NCBI GenBank assembly: GCA_038322745.1
Contig: JBBQGF010000001.1
Coordinates: forward strand, 19,258 to 83,257
Source of the DNA: Minisyncoccia bacterium
GTDB lineage: Bacteria > Patescibacteriota > Minisyncoccia > Phycocordibacterales > UBA9973
Direction: 5' to 3'
Length of the DNA stretch: 64,000 nucleotides
Part shown: piece after piece, positions 51,001 to 59,929 of the stretch
Layout: each line of letters begins with the position of its first letter
Position numbering within the stretch: the first letter of the stretch is position 1
The notes under the pieces: model-generated
What the model was told of the DNA's origin: nothing
Database searches by the model: none
Seen by the model: the letters and a program-made list of their open reading frames with translations, nothing else
Program-made: the position numbers and the translations under genes

Positions 51001-51234
51001 TAATTGTCTTTCAATCTTAAAAGTATCAATATTAATACCTGGCGTATAATCCCAATTAAGAGAAACAGTAGTTGTTATCCCAGATACTGTCGATGTTGGT
51101 ATTAAATTTGTTGGTGATGGTATATTTGAAGATGCAAATATAACATTCCAAGTGATAGAAACTATAATTGAAAAACCTAAAATTAAAATAAAATCTCTAA
51201 TTTTTGGATGTATTTTCGAAATAATTTTTTTCAT
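48013..51234 (-). CDS. giant (1073 aa) cell-surface protein: signal peptide, 4 FN3-like and 2 Ig/CARDB-like repeats, helical region, dockerin-like Ca motif, Big-like domain, C-terminal TM anchor
   Basis: FN3 signatures repeated 4 times (LNW/LHW/LSW...YxYRVxAC...C). Duplicated Cys-bracketed module (CTNLTLTLDKTTYTIGEIINYTWTC and CNSINLNMNKTAYTIGESVNYTWTC). DTNNDGISNYD motif. C-terminal hydrophobic anchor followed by KKDNQN. Confidence 0.8.
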   Translation of the reverse strand: MKKIISKIHPKIRDFILILGFSIIVSITWNVIFASSNIPSPTNLIPTSTVSGITTTVSLNWDYTPGINIDTFKIERQLATPAGANWQNISTIPGTIFISTDTITNTNTTNTSTIYLYRVSACQNSSGVSSICSDPSNIVEVIIPAYNPNNTCTNLTLTLDKTTYTIGEIINYTWTCIPPGTIGNVSSYIKKLSNTTMVSINPISSGSTQTMTYSTSNIQTGAGSYNLIVCLGDSCTTGSSSQSFALVLNGGGGTNPPLPPTTLSFTPSTSASSNIILHWVNPSSNNANGFEIQRKLHTETTWGNSALITGVNSNSYANMINTNTLYDYQIRSCIFTSGATSICSEYVLLENVIIQANTPNLPLPPTYLTSISTSNSVSLNWIYNVTNISRFKVERKLSSEPTTAWILLPQINTTITPTYNDSSVITEKIYNYRVRACQNVSETALICSEPSNEITVTIPSIIPVNIACNSINLNMNKTAYTIGESVNYTWTCSPLNTTGNVSIWLQSPNGINTIKATGSSSSTQTMSLTTSNLATGVYTLKACLGSSCSTANTIQSSKTFMLISPLITISPPTNLLSTVTSSYILLSWTNNTTNINRYSIERKLSSQFAASWTLLPQANTATPLFKDSNVTSGATYDYRIRACVETNCSNPALISNIYVPIPIIEATPIKIIDKPSVVPTNITINKPIVPVVTSIVIPNTISSPDIPLIKVAPSEVPLKINNLSSAIEESQKQIDTIKIQLIKIIDENIANIIKNADTTGQGIDTSRIYDYRNKLVKKIEFRLSILINITPNDIDNLKIEVSRGIEDIKTLSGINIASNQLPKTDGENVVKVFDTLSDIASNQNQIIKKQGGDLLYKDTNNDGISNYDSLYVYNIDPVKPSIISSFEGKSIGAAEKILLGFDPTKTELVKIKVEEPLESIAKIIPSYKINNVDLVNKKEVTIKGQALPNSYVTVYIYSTPIVVTIKTDITGEWSYTLDKELDNGDHTVYVATVNNMGNIVAKSPGYPFTKTAEAVTLNDIPIPQASIETGKPGLLEGSNLFILISIFIVIIILILVLTGIISKKDNQNQNLVQ
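49225..51123 (-). repeat. intragenic tandem domain repeats (FN3 x4, Ig-like x2) within the surface-protein CDS
   Basis: Protein-level periodicity mapped back to DNA. Repeat copies are roughly 40-50 percent identical at the protein level. Confidence 0.55.
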
Positions 51235-51255
51235 AATATTATTTTAATTTTATTA

Positions 51256-52641
51256 TTAATTGACCAATGGAAATGAAACTATAAAATGTGAACCTACTCC
51301 TTTTATTGATTCTACTGATATATCTCCATTCATTTGTTTGATTATTTGAATAGTAATCCATAATCCTAAACCAGTGCCTCGTATTTTTTCTGTCTCTTTT
51401 GTACGAATTCTATAAAACTTTTCAAATAACTTTTTTCTTTCTTCTTCACTCATTCCTATTCCAGTATCGCTAACTCTTAAATATAGGCGATTATCTTCCA
51501 TGTATTGCCTTACTACTATTTCCCCTTTGTTTGAATATTTTACTGCATTCCCTATCAAATTAACTAGGATTTGCTTGAAGCGATTTACATCAATATTTAT
51601 ATATTGATTAGCCTCTATCTTTGATTTATCGAAGGAAATACCAAGACCTTTTTCTTTAGCAGATAAAGAAAAAGAAGATATAATCTGCTCAGTAATTTCA
51701 GACGGATTTATTTTTTCCACTTCAAGAGAAAGTCTTCCTTGTTCTATTCTGGATACATCTAAAATGTCACCCACTAAGGAGTCTAGCTCCTTGGTCGATA
51801 TTTCAATTTTTGTTACATAATCTTTAGTTTCTGGTGTAAGCCCAGGTGCATCATGTAAAAAATCAGCATATCCTCTGATGATAGTTAGTGGGGTACGAAG
51901 TTCATGTGATGCCATAGATATAAAATCATCTTTTAATTGATCAACTTCTTTCAGTCTTTTGTATAAATCCATATAATCAATTATTTTTGAATGTCTAAAG
52001 AATAAAAATAGAATGAAAAAAATAACTACGAATAATAAAAATCTACTATTATTTATACTATCATTAATTGTCATATCAGCAATTGAGAGAGTTTGCGTAG
52101 TTGCTACTATTCCTAAAATATTTCCAGTTGAATCAGTTATTGCTCTAGTAGTCTTGAATAATCTTTCATTGTTTATATTATCTACGATTGTCACAGAGTG
52201 ACTTGTATCTCCAGATGCAAGAGTATATAGAAATGATATTTGATTATTCATTTTTCCTATTTCATCAAGTTTATCAGAAGCAATGATTCTATAGGAGATT
52301 GTATTTTTGTTAAGAACTGAATCAAATATAATCTCTTTTTGTATTATATTAAAACTTTTGATTGTTTCATTTGTAGATATTACTTCTTTGATTTTATTAT
52401 TTAAATATTCAGGATCCCCTATCTTATCACCTGCAAAAGATACAAAAGCATCTTGAAGAGAGCCTATACGAACATTTACAAGACGCTCCTGTGCGTCATT
52501 GGCAATATTTATAAATCTCTGTGACATTAAAATAAAAGAACCAGTTATTACAAATGCAATAACTATGGTATAAACCAGTTGAGAATTCCCAGATATTTTC
52601 TTTATTCCCTTCTTTAAATTTGAGTAAAGAAACTCGAACAT
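51256..52641 (-). CDS. sensor histidine kinase (2 TM with extracytoplasmic sensor domain)
   Basis: H-box SHELRTPL, N-box NLIGNAVKYS, G1 DTGIGM, G2 GTGLGLWI. Confidence 0.85.
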   Translation of the reverse strand: MFEFLYSNLKKGIKKISGNSQLVYTIVIAFVITGSFILMSQRFINIANDAQERLVNVRIGSLQDAFVSFAGDKIGDPEYLNNKIKEVISTNETIKSFNIIQKEIIFDSVLNKNTISYRIIASDKLDEIGKMNNQISFLYTLASGDTSHSVTIVDNINNERLFKTTRAITDSTGNILGIVATTQTLSIADMTINDSINNSRFLLFVVIFFILFLFFRHSKIIDYMDLYKRLKEVDQLKDDFISMASHELRTPLTIIRGYADFLHDAPGLTPETKDYVTKIEISTKELDSLVGDILDVSRIEQGRLSLEVEKINPSEITEQIISSFSLSAKEKGLGISFDKSKIEANQYINIDVNRFKQILVNLIGNAVKYSNKGEIVVRQYMEDNRLYLRVSDTGIGMSEEERKKLFEKFYRIRTKETEKIRGTGLGLWITIQIIKQMNGDISVESIKGVGSHFIVSFPLVN

Positions 52642-52731
52642 ATATAAATAATAGCATTAAATATTAAAATAAAATAGGATTTATTACCTATAAACTAGAT
52701 AAAGACTAGTATAAATGCTAATATCTTATAT

Positions 52732-53631
52732 ATGGAAAAATCATTAATTGAATCAAATACTATATTGTCAACAGAATCCAAACAAAATATAGAATCAAAT
52801 AAAACAAATGATAAAATTTTACTTGAAATGGTTCAAGGTATTAAAACAAAATTAGAACCATTTATTGATAAAAGTGATAATTTTATTAATATTGAAAAAT
52901 CTATTGATGAATGTCTTGATATTTTAAATGAAAAAATACTAGAAATTAAATCAAAAGAAAATGATAAAATTAGTAATCTTTTAGCCATAACAATTCATGA
53001 TATTAGAAACTTCTTAGGTCAAGCTATTGGTTTTGCTAAAATACTAAAAGATGATGATGATGATATATTTGACGAGGAAGAAAAAATTAAATTTATTAAT
53101 ATTATAAATACTGCTATCTTATCTTCTATAGAATTAATTGATTCAATTATAAATAATTTAGATTTATCTAAAATTGAAATATTAGATTTAAACCTGAAGA
53201 ATGAAGCTGACAATATCATAGAGTCATATATTACTATAGCTAGTAATAAAGATATCAAATTGATAAATAACGTGGCAGAAGGAATAAATATAAAAGTAAA
53301 TAAATCATCACTGCATGCTATATTAAGAAATTTATATTCTAATGCTCTAAAGTTCACACCAGAATCAGGCAATATAACTATATCATCAAAACAAAATAAT
53401 CTTGGTATAGAATTAACAATAGAAGATACTGGAGTTGGAATGAGTGAAGATGAAATAAAAAAACTTGTTAATCCAAAGCACTCTTTTTCTAAAATAGGAT
53501 TAAATAATGAACAAGGTTCAGGAATAGGAATGAAAATTTCATTAGAGATGCTCGAAAATATTGGAGGTAAAATAAAAATAGAAAGCGAAGTAGGAGTTGG
53601 AAGTAAATTTATAATTACATTACCCAAATAA
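52732..53631 (+). CDS. cytoplasmic histidine kinase (no TM)
   Basis: H-box IHDIRNFL, N-box NLYSNALKFT, DTGVGM, GSGIGMKI. Confidence 0.75.
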   Translation: MEKSLIESNTILSTESKQNIESNKTNDKILLEMVQGIKTKLEPFIDKSDNFINIEKSIDECLDILNEKILEIKSKENDKISNLLAITIHDIRNFLGQAIGFAKILKDDDDDIFDEEEKIKFINIINTAILSSIELIDSIINNLDLSKIEILDLNLKNEADNIIESYITIASNKDIKLINNVAEGINIKVNKSSLHAILRNLYSNALKFTPESGNITISSKQNNLGIELTIEDTGVGMSEDEIKKLVNPKHSFSKIGLNNEQGSGIGMKISLEMLENIGGKIKIESEVGVGSKFIITLPK

Positions 53632-53651
53632 TCTTAATTTGTAATTATTAA

Positions 53652-54953
53652 TTATCTATCTAACCATTCTTTTTCTTGTCTACATAGAAGTCTTGTACTA
53701 TCTTCTGGATGTGCCATGATTGCTGATGTAGCTCGTTCCAAGCGTACACCTTGTGAACCTTTAATTAGTATTAAATCTCCTTTTTCTACAACTCCCATTA
53801 AAAATTTTGCTGCAGTAATAGATGAATCAAAACTATAAAGATTTTTTACTTTAAAACCTTTACTTAATGCTCCATCGGCAATAAATTTTGAACGAGGACC
53901 TACAACAATGAGCATATTTGCTATAGATGCGATATTCTCCCCAATATTATAGTGCTCTTCTTCTGTATATTTACCAAGTTCAAGCATATCTCCTAATACA
54001 GCAATTTTTCTTTTACTTTTCATTTCTTTTAATACTTCTAATGCAGAAATAGCTGCTATTGGAGAAGAATTATAAGTATCATCTATTATAAGAGAATTAT
54101 TAATACCTTCTATTAATGATAACCTTCCAGGAGGAGTATTATATTCACTTATATATTTTATTGATTCTAATAAATCACATCCTATTTCAGATGCAACAGC
54201 AATAGAAGCAAGGGCAGAACCTATTTGATGCTTACCTACGATATTTGGTAATAATATAGGAAAAGTATTCCCTTCGTGTTCAAGCTTAAAACTTAGACCA
54301 CAAGTAACTTCTATGCCGTTTACATCTATATTCATATATGTAGGATAAGTAGAATGATAAGTAGCATTTTCATTCATTCCAAATGAAACTGTTCTACGAT
54401 TTGCTTTAGTATGAACAGCATATACTTTTTCATCATCGTGATTTAAAATAAGTAAACCTTCCGGTTTTAAAGCATAAGCTAAAGCACTTTTTTCTTCTAT
54501 AATAGCTTCAACACTTCCAAAAAATTCAATGTGTACTGGTTTATCAGGAAATCTTGTTATAACGACTATATCTGGAGATAACCACGGAGTTACATTCTTT
54601 TTTATATCACCTGGTTTTCCAACTCCAACTTCTAATATTAAATACTCGGGATATTCTCTTTTCCATAAAATCAAACTGAGACCTATTATAATATTTTCAA
54701 CCCAAACAAATGGATTACTCCAACCATTTGGACAACCTAAAATAGTAAGTGGTAATCCTATTTCACTGTTAAAGCTTTTTTGGCTTTTCCTGACTTTTTT
54801 AAATTTTGATAGTACTATAAATATTGCATCTTTTGTAGAAGTTTTACCAACAGAGCCTGTAATCGCAATAATTTTAGGTTTATAACGCTTAATCACCATC
54901 TTGGCTTCCCAAGTTAAAATTGTAACTATAATTTTTTTAAATGTGTTTTTCAT
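53652..54953 (-). CDS. murF: Mur ligase, probably UDP-MurNAc-tripeptide--D-Ala-D-Ala ligase
   Basis: P-loop TGSVGKTSTKD. IDDTYNSSP resembles MurF DDSYNANP rather than the MurE DYAHTP motif. Confidence 0.65.
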   Translation of the reverse strand: MKNTFKKIIVTILTWEAKMVIKRYKPKIIAITGSVGKTSTKDAIFIVLSKFKKVRKSQKSFNSEIGLPLTILGCPNGWSNPFVWVENIIIGLSLILWKREYPEYLILEVGVGKPGDIKKNVTPWLSPDIVVITRFPDKPVHIEFFGSVEAIIEEKSALAYALKPEGLLILNHDDEKVYAVHTKANRRTVSFGMNENATYHSTYPTYMNIDVNGIEVTCGLSFKLEHEGNTFPILLPNIVGKHQIGSALASIAVASEIGCDLLESIKYISEYNTPPGRLSLIEGINNSLIIDDTYNSSPIAAISALEVLKEMKSKRKIAVLGDMLELGKYTEEEHYNIGENIASIANMLIVVGPRSKFIADGALSKGFKVKNLYSFDSSITAAKFLMGVVEKGDLILIKGSQGVRLERATSAIMAHPEDSTRLLCRQEKEWLDR

Positions 54954-54961
54954 ATTTATTA

Positions 54962-56671
54962 TTATCTATCTGGTGGAACATTATAATAATTTAATAAAAA
55001 CTTTGTAATATTAATAAATGGTGGAATTAACGTTTGTGATGCATATTTTACTTCTTTTGGGTTTTTTAAGAATAAAAATACTATAAATTGAGGATCGTAT
55101 GCGGGGAAATATCCAAAGAATGAATGTGTGTGTCTATCTAAATAATAACCTTTTCCATTCTCTAATGCCACTTGTGCAGTTCCTGTTTTTGATGCAATAC
55201 TATAATGCTCCATTTTATGTGAACCACTATCATAAGCTTCAAATACGTGAACTAACATACGGCTAATGGTTTCTGATGTCTCTTTCTTTATTATACCAGA
55301 ACGTGAATATGGATACTCTAATATCTTAGAAGTTCCATCGTCATACCTTATTTGTTTAACCAAGTGTGGAACTACTAGATTACCACCATTTGCAATTGAA
55401 GAAAATGCTCTAATAGCTTCTATTGGGGTCAATGCTATACCTTGACCAAAGGATGCATTTGCATATTCAATATTTCTTGGACTTTCTAAATTACTTATTA
55501 GACCAGATGTTTCATTTGGTAAATCTATTCCTGTTTTCTCTCCGATTCCAAAAGATTTCATGTAGGTTCTAAATTTTGTATGACCTAATTTACTTTCTGT
55601 AAAAACCATCCCCGTATTTAACGATTGATCAAGGACTGTTTGCATAGAAACAACACCTCTGCCCTTTTTATCAAAATTATTAATAATTTTTTTATCAATA
55701 GTTACAGAGCCACTATCTAGATATGTTGTATCTGGTGTAACTACTCCTATATCAAGTGCTGCTGACATTACTAGTGGCTTGATAACTGAACCAAATTCTA
55801 AAACATCTTCTACTAATATATTTCTGTATATACTTGTTTTTGATACATCTCCAAATTTATTTAAATCAAAAGTTGGTAGTCCAGCAATCGCATATATTTC
55901 ACCAGTTTGTGGATTCATAATTATTCCACCAGCAGAATCAGCATTCCAATTTTTAAATGCAGTATTAAGTTCATCTTCAAGAACTCGTTGAGTAGATGGC
56001 TCAATAGTAGTTATTATATCGCCTTGTTTTTGTGTATCATTAACTTTATTTTTTATATTTGAAAAAACCTCAGCAAAAAAATTAATGTATGCTTCATCTT
56101 TTGGTTTTGATAGTGTTGATTCATAAGAACGCTCTAGACCATACTGTCCTATTTTGTTATCACCTTTATATGCTAAAAAACCAAGGCTATGAGAAGCCAA
56201 ATTTCCACCAGGGTAAAATCTCCAATTATCTTTAAAAACTGAAATGCCTGGAATTTTTAAACTATCTATAGTATCTACTTGTTCTTTTGTTAAATGAAAT
56301 GCGACCTCTTCGTATGGATCATTTTTTTTATTAGCCTTAGATATGAAAGTATTGTAGTCCATATCAAGGTATGGACTAAGAGACTTATATGTCATTTCAG
56401 AATCAATTATATCTTTTGCTTTAATTGCTATTTTAAAACCAGAAGAAACAGTTCCTGCTGCTACCGGTGATCCATCTTTTTTGGTAAAAAATATTGAGCC
56501 TCTATTAAAAATATTATTTGATGGTGTGGCATATTGCCTATCAGCTTTTTCTGTATAAAGATTTTTATGAATTATTTGAATATAAAAAAGTTTAGAAGCA
56601 AGAATCATTCCAAAAAAAATAACTAAAGCAGATACTATTCTTATTCTAGATTGAAACGATGATAAGTTCAT
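54962..56671 (-). CDS. ftsI: class B penicillin-binding protein (FtsI-type transpeptidase)
   Basis: N-terminal TM, SxxK (GSVIKP), SxN, KTGTA. Sits in the dcw context after ftsL. Confidence 0.85.
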   Translation of the reverse strand: MNLSSFQSRIRIVSALVIFFGMILASKLFYIQIIHKNLYTEKADRQYATPSNNIFNRGSIFFTKKDGSPVAAGTVSSGFKIAIKAKDIIDSEMTYKSLSPYLDMDYNTFISKANKKNDPYEEVAFHLTKEQVDTIDSLKIPGISVFKDNWRFYPGGNLASHSLGFLAYKGDNKIGQYGLERSYESTLSKPKDEAYINFFAEVFSNIKNKVNDTQKQGDIITTIEPSTQRVLEDELNTAFKNWNADSAGGIIMNPQTGEIYAIAGLPTFDLNKFGDVSKTSIYRNILVEDVLEFGSVIKPLVMSAALDIGVVTPDTTYLDSGSVTIDKKIINNFDKKGRGVVSMQTVLDQSLNTGMVFTESKLGHTKFRTYMKSFGIGEKTGIDLPNETSGLISNLESPRNIEYANASFGQGIALTPIEAIRAFSSIANGGNLVVPHLVKQIRYDDGTSKILEYPYSRSGIIKKETSETISRMLVHVFEAYDSGSHKMEHYSIASKTGTAQVALENGKGYYLDRHTHSFFGYFPAYDPQFIVFLFLKNPKEVKYASQTLIPPFINITKFLLNYYNVPPDR

Positions 56672-56673
56672 CT

Positions 56674-56997
56674 TTATCTGATAGCAACATGATTAATACT
56701 ACGCATAGCAAAAATATTTGATTTTGCATCAACAAAACCAAGAGAAGAAGCACGTAGTTTATTTATATCATTCATATTACTAAGATAGCTTAATTCTAAT
56801 TGACTTATATTACTACCCAAAACTCTCGAAGTGGTTTCAAGTGATTTACGTGCAACAACATTGAATGTAATAGAGCCAATCATATAAATATAGAAAATAG
56901 ATAAACATATTATTGAACCTACAAGTATTCGAAATATAATTCCTTGTGTGTAATTATCTTGGATTATTCCACTTGTTATTTCTTTTGTTTTTTTCAT
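56674..56997 (-). CDS. ftsL: FtsL-like cell division protein
   Basis: 107 aa, single TM, between rsmH and ftsI. Confidence 0.55.
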   Translation of the reverse strand: MKKTKEITSGIIQDNYTQGIIFRILVGSIICLSIFYIYMIGSITFNVVARKSLETTSRVLGSNISQLELSYLSNMNDINKLRASSLGFVDAKSNIFAMRSINHVAIR

Positions 56998-57007
56998 ATG
57001 TTTTATA

Positions 57008-57907
57008 TTATATTTTTTCTATTAATCTTAATTTTGAACTTCGAGAACGTGGATTTTTCTTTAGTTCTTCTTCATTTGGTATTATCGGTTTCTTTGTGAG
57101 AATGTTCCCTTTTTCATTTTCTTTTAAAGAAATAAAAGCTTTTTTTACTATTCTGTCTTCGAGACTATGAAAGGTAATAATTGCCATTCTCCCTCCTTTA
57201 TTTAAACAATCGAACCCTTTTTGTATTACTTGTTCTAAATTTGAAAGCTCACTGTTTGTTGCAATTCTCAACGCTTGAAATGTTCTAGTAGCTGGGTGAA
57301 TCTTTAAACCTCTACCTCTATAACTTTTACCTACAGCATTATCAATAATTTTTACAAGTTCAAATGTTGTTTCTATCTCTTTTTCACTTCTTGCTTCCAC
57401 TATCATCTTTGCGATTTTTCTGGAAAATTTTTCTTCTCCAAACCCGTATATAATATCTGCTATTGTCTCTTCTCCCCATGTATTTACTATTTCTTTTGCT
57501 GTTAAATCATTTTCTGTAGGATACTTCTTCATTGTCATCAGGAGTGGTTCATCTTTTAAAAATGAAAATCCTCTACCAGCAACTTCTAATTGAAATGAAC
57601 TTATTCCAAGATCTAGTAATATCTTATCTATCTTGGAAATTCCTAAATCTTTTAGAACTTTATCTATATCCTGAAAACCAGAATTTATGAAGGTGAAGCT
57701 ACAAGGCATATGTCCTATTAAAGTCTTTGTTCGATTTTCTGCATCAATATCAAGGTCGAGGCCAATTATTTTAATATCCTTGCCATATCTTTTAATTATT
57801 TCAAAAGTATGTCCTCCACCTCCTAATGTTCCATCAATTATGATATCTCCAGATTTAATATCGAGACCATCGATTGATTCATCTCTAAGTACGGGTATAT
57901 GTGTCAT
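57008..57907 (-). CDS. rsmH: 16S rRNA (cytosine1402-N4)-methyltransferase RsmH/MraW
   Basis: HIPVL...DGTLGGGGH SAM-binding N-terminus. Confidence 0.95.
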   Translation of the reverse strand: MTHIPVLRDESIDGLDIKSGDIIIDGTLGGGGHTFEIIKRYGKDIKIIGLDLDIDAENRTKTLIGHMPCSFTFINSGFQDIDKVLKDLGISKIDKILLDLGISSFQLEVAGRGFSFLKDEPLLMTMKKYPTENDLTAKEIVNTWGEETIADIIYGFGEEKFSRKIAKMIVEARSEKEIETTFELVKIIDNAVGKSYRGRGLKIHPATRTFQALRIATNSELSNLEQVIQKGFDCLNKGGRMAIITFHSLEDRIVKKAFISLKENEKGNILTKKPIIPNEEELKKNPRSRSSKLRLIEKI

Positions 57908-57908
57908 A

Positions 57909-58343
57909 TTAAAGAACTCCTATCTGCCCTAATTTATCAGCGAGAGCATCAGCTTGTGTCTCAACTAATTTCTTATAATCATTCCATGCAGTTTCATTCC
58001 AGATTTCTGCTCGATTTTGTACTCCAATTACAATTACTTTAGTTGAAAGATTTGAACGATTTTTTAAATTTTCCGGGATTAGTATTCGGCCATTTGCATC
58101 TACATCAACAATAACAGCCTGACCAAACATAAATCTCGAGAAACTTCTATTATCACTTGTAAGCATTGAAGAATCAGATAATTTTAAAGATACTTTTTGC
58201 CATTCTTTTGTAGTAAAAATAGAAAGACAATTATCTAATCCAGGAGCAACAACAACACTCTTCCCCATTTCCTTTCGGAATTTAACGGGTAATGACATTC
58301 TATTCTTGTCATCTAATGTATGTGTGTATTCTCCAATAAGCAT
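57909..58343 (-). CDS. mraZ: transcriptional regulator MraZ
   Basis: MLIGEYTHTLDDKNRMSLPVKFRK, the duplicated MraZ/SpoVT-AbrB fold. Confidence 0.9.
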   Translation of the reverse strand: MLIGEYTHTLDDKNRMSLPVKFRKEMGKSVVVAPGLDNCLSIFTTKEWQKVSLKLSDSSMLTSDNRSFSRFMFGQAVIVDVDANGRILIPENLKNRSNLSTKVIVIGVQNRAEIWNETAWNDYKKLVETQADALADKLGQIGVL

Positions 58344-58384
58344 AATAATATTATGGAGTAAGGATATTTATGATAAAATATTTA

Positions 58385-58450
58385 TCCCACCTTATCCCAC
58401 TTAATTATATTATACACCACTTTATCCCACAAATAAACAAGGTTCCCCAC
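58385..58450 (-). promoter_or_regulatory. MraZ operator: five GTGGN direct repeats at 10-bp phasing overlapping the mraZ promoter -10
   Basis: Minus-strand GTGGGg, GTGGGa, GTGGTg, GTGGGa, GTGGGa ending at 58445, 58425, 58415, 58395 and 58385. TATAAT lies at 58409..58414 on the minus strand. Confidence 0.65.
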
Positions 58451-58677
58451 TTTAAACTGTGCATAACTTTGGTTTTAAATAACTTGACTTATTTTAATAT
58501 ATATATTAAAGTAATAAAAGTTTTTGTTCTTTAACTTATGTTGATATTAAAAAAGCAACCATCGTGCATTAGGATAATGTGATATTTGTTGAAGTAAGTA
58601 AAATCTTCGACACACAAAAATATTACAAACCTCAACCGAGGTCTAATTTCATAAGGGTAACCTAATCAAAAAGAACA

Positions 58678-58716
58678 AAAGCCGTATTTCATTCATTTGA
58701 AATACGGCTTAATTTT
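58678..58716. terminator. bidirectional hairpin
   Basis: aagccgtatttca / tgaaatacggctt 13-bp stem with T-runs on both sides. Confidence 0.6.
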
Positions 58717-58796
58717 TATCAATTATATAAAATTAAAAGCTCTACAATAATTATTGCAGAGCTTTTTTTATTTACGAATTTTTATTTTAGTATGAA

Positions 58797-59873
58797 TTAT
58801 AAATATTCATGATGAAAATCAAATGGATTTAAATCTAAATCAAAAATATTTATATCTTTAGATTTTAAATTGTTTATTATTTCTACAAAACCTAAATTAT
58901 TCAAATTTGAATATTGTAGATTTTTGTTAGATGATAAAAAATTTACTTCATCATTAGTCATACAAGCAAGAGCTAAATAAGGATCAATTTCAAACTTATT
59001 TTTAATTAAGGAAAGAGAAACTTCTAACCGATTGAATAAGTTATTTTCAATCTGTTCATTGAGCTTAAAATATACATTTTTGTACATCCATTTTTTGAGT
59101 TCTTCAAATTTGGATGAGTAATCAGACTTCTCAAAAGAAATTTTTCCTTCTTCTGAACTCTCTTTAATAAGTTCATAAGAAGCTTTAGCATTTCTTTCTC
59201 TTTGATTTTTTCCAAAATCATAAAAAAGTGTTGGTAATTCATCTTCTTTTATAAACCCAACCCTTACAGCATCATTTATGTCTGAGAAAGTATAAGCTAT
59301 TTTATCGCTATACATAACCAATGTAGCTTCTTGTGATACGTTCTTAGATATTGTCATTGTACCCGCCCCTCTTGAATGATTATACATTCCTTCTAAGGTT
59401 TCGTATGTTAGATTAAGACCAAAACCTTTCCTTTCAATATATTGAGCAACTATTACGCTCATAATACTATGTGCAAAACTTTTACCTGATTTCAGTCTAA
59501 TAAACTTTTCACCAGTGTGACCCATCGGAGTATGACCAATATCATGTCCGTATGACATAGCTTCAGCTAAATATACATTTAGGCCTAAAATTTCAGCATT
59601 AATAGCAGATAGACTAACAACATCATTTGTATGAATTAACCTATTTCTTATATTTGAATGAGCAGAAGGAGGAAAAACTTGTGTTTTATTCTCTAACCTA
59701 CGGTAGAATTTACCGTTTCGGATTTTTTCCCTATCAATCAAAAATGGATTTATGACACCAAAATAACATTCATCTGGATCATCTTTGTATCTACGTCCCA
59801 AACTATCCTCAACCTTTAAAGCAAGGTGAGATAAAGAGCCTTTATAAAGCTCAAAATCATGTTTATTCTCCAT
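58797..59873 (-). CDS. dgt: dGTPase-family dNTP triphosphohydrolase (HD superfamily)
   Basis: RLIHTNDVVSLSAINAEILGL...YGHDIGHTPMGHTGE matches the Dgt HD motifs. Confidence 0.8.
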   Translation of the reverse strand: MENKHDFELYKGSLSHLALKVEDSLGRRYKDDPDECYFGVINPFLIDREKIRNGKFYRRLENKTQVFPPSAHSNIRNRLIHTNDVVSLSAINAEILGLNVYLAEAMSYGHDIGHTPMGHTGEKFIRLKSGKSFAHSIMSVIVAQYIERKGFGLNLTYETLEGMYNHSRGAGTMTISKNVSQEATLVMYSDKIAYTFSDINDAVRVGFIKEDELPTLFYDFGKNQRERNAKASYELIKESSEEGKISFEKSDYSSKFEELKKWMYKNVYFKLNEQIENNLFNRLEVSLSLIKNKFEIDPYLALACMTNDEVNFLSSNKNLQYSNLNNLGFVEIINNLKSKDINIFDLDLNPFDFHHEYL

Positions 59874-59929
59874 ATATTTAGTTTTAAATTTTTATTAATT
59901 TAACCATAAATATTAATGTAAGTCAAAAT

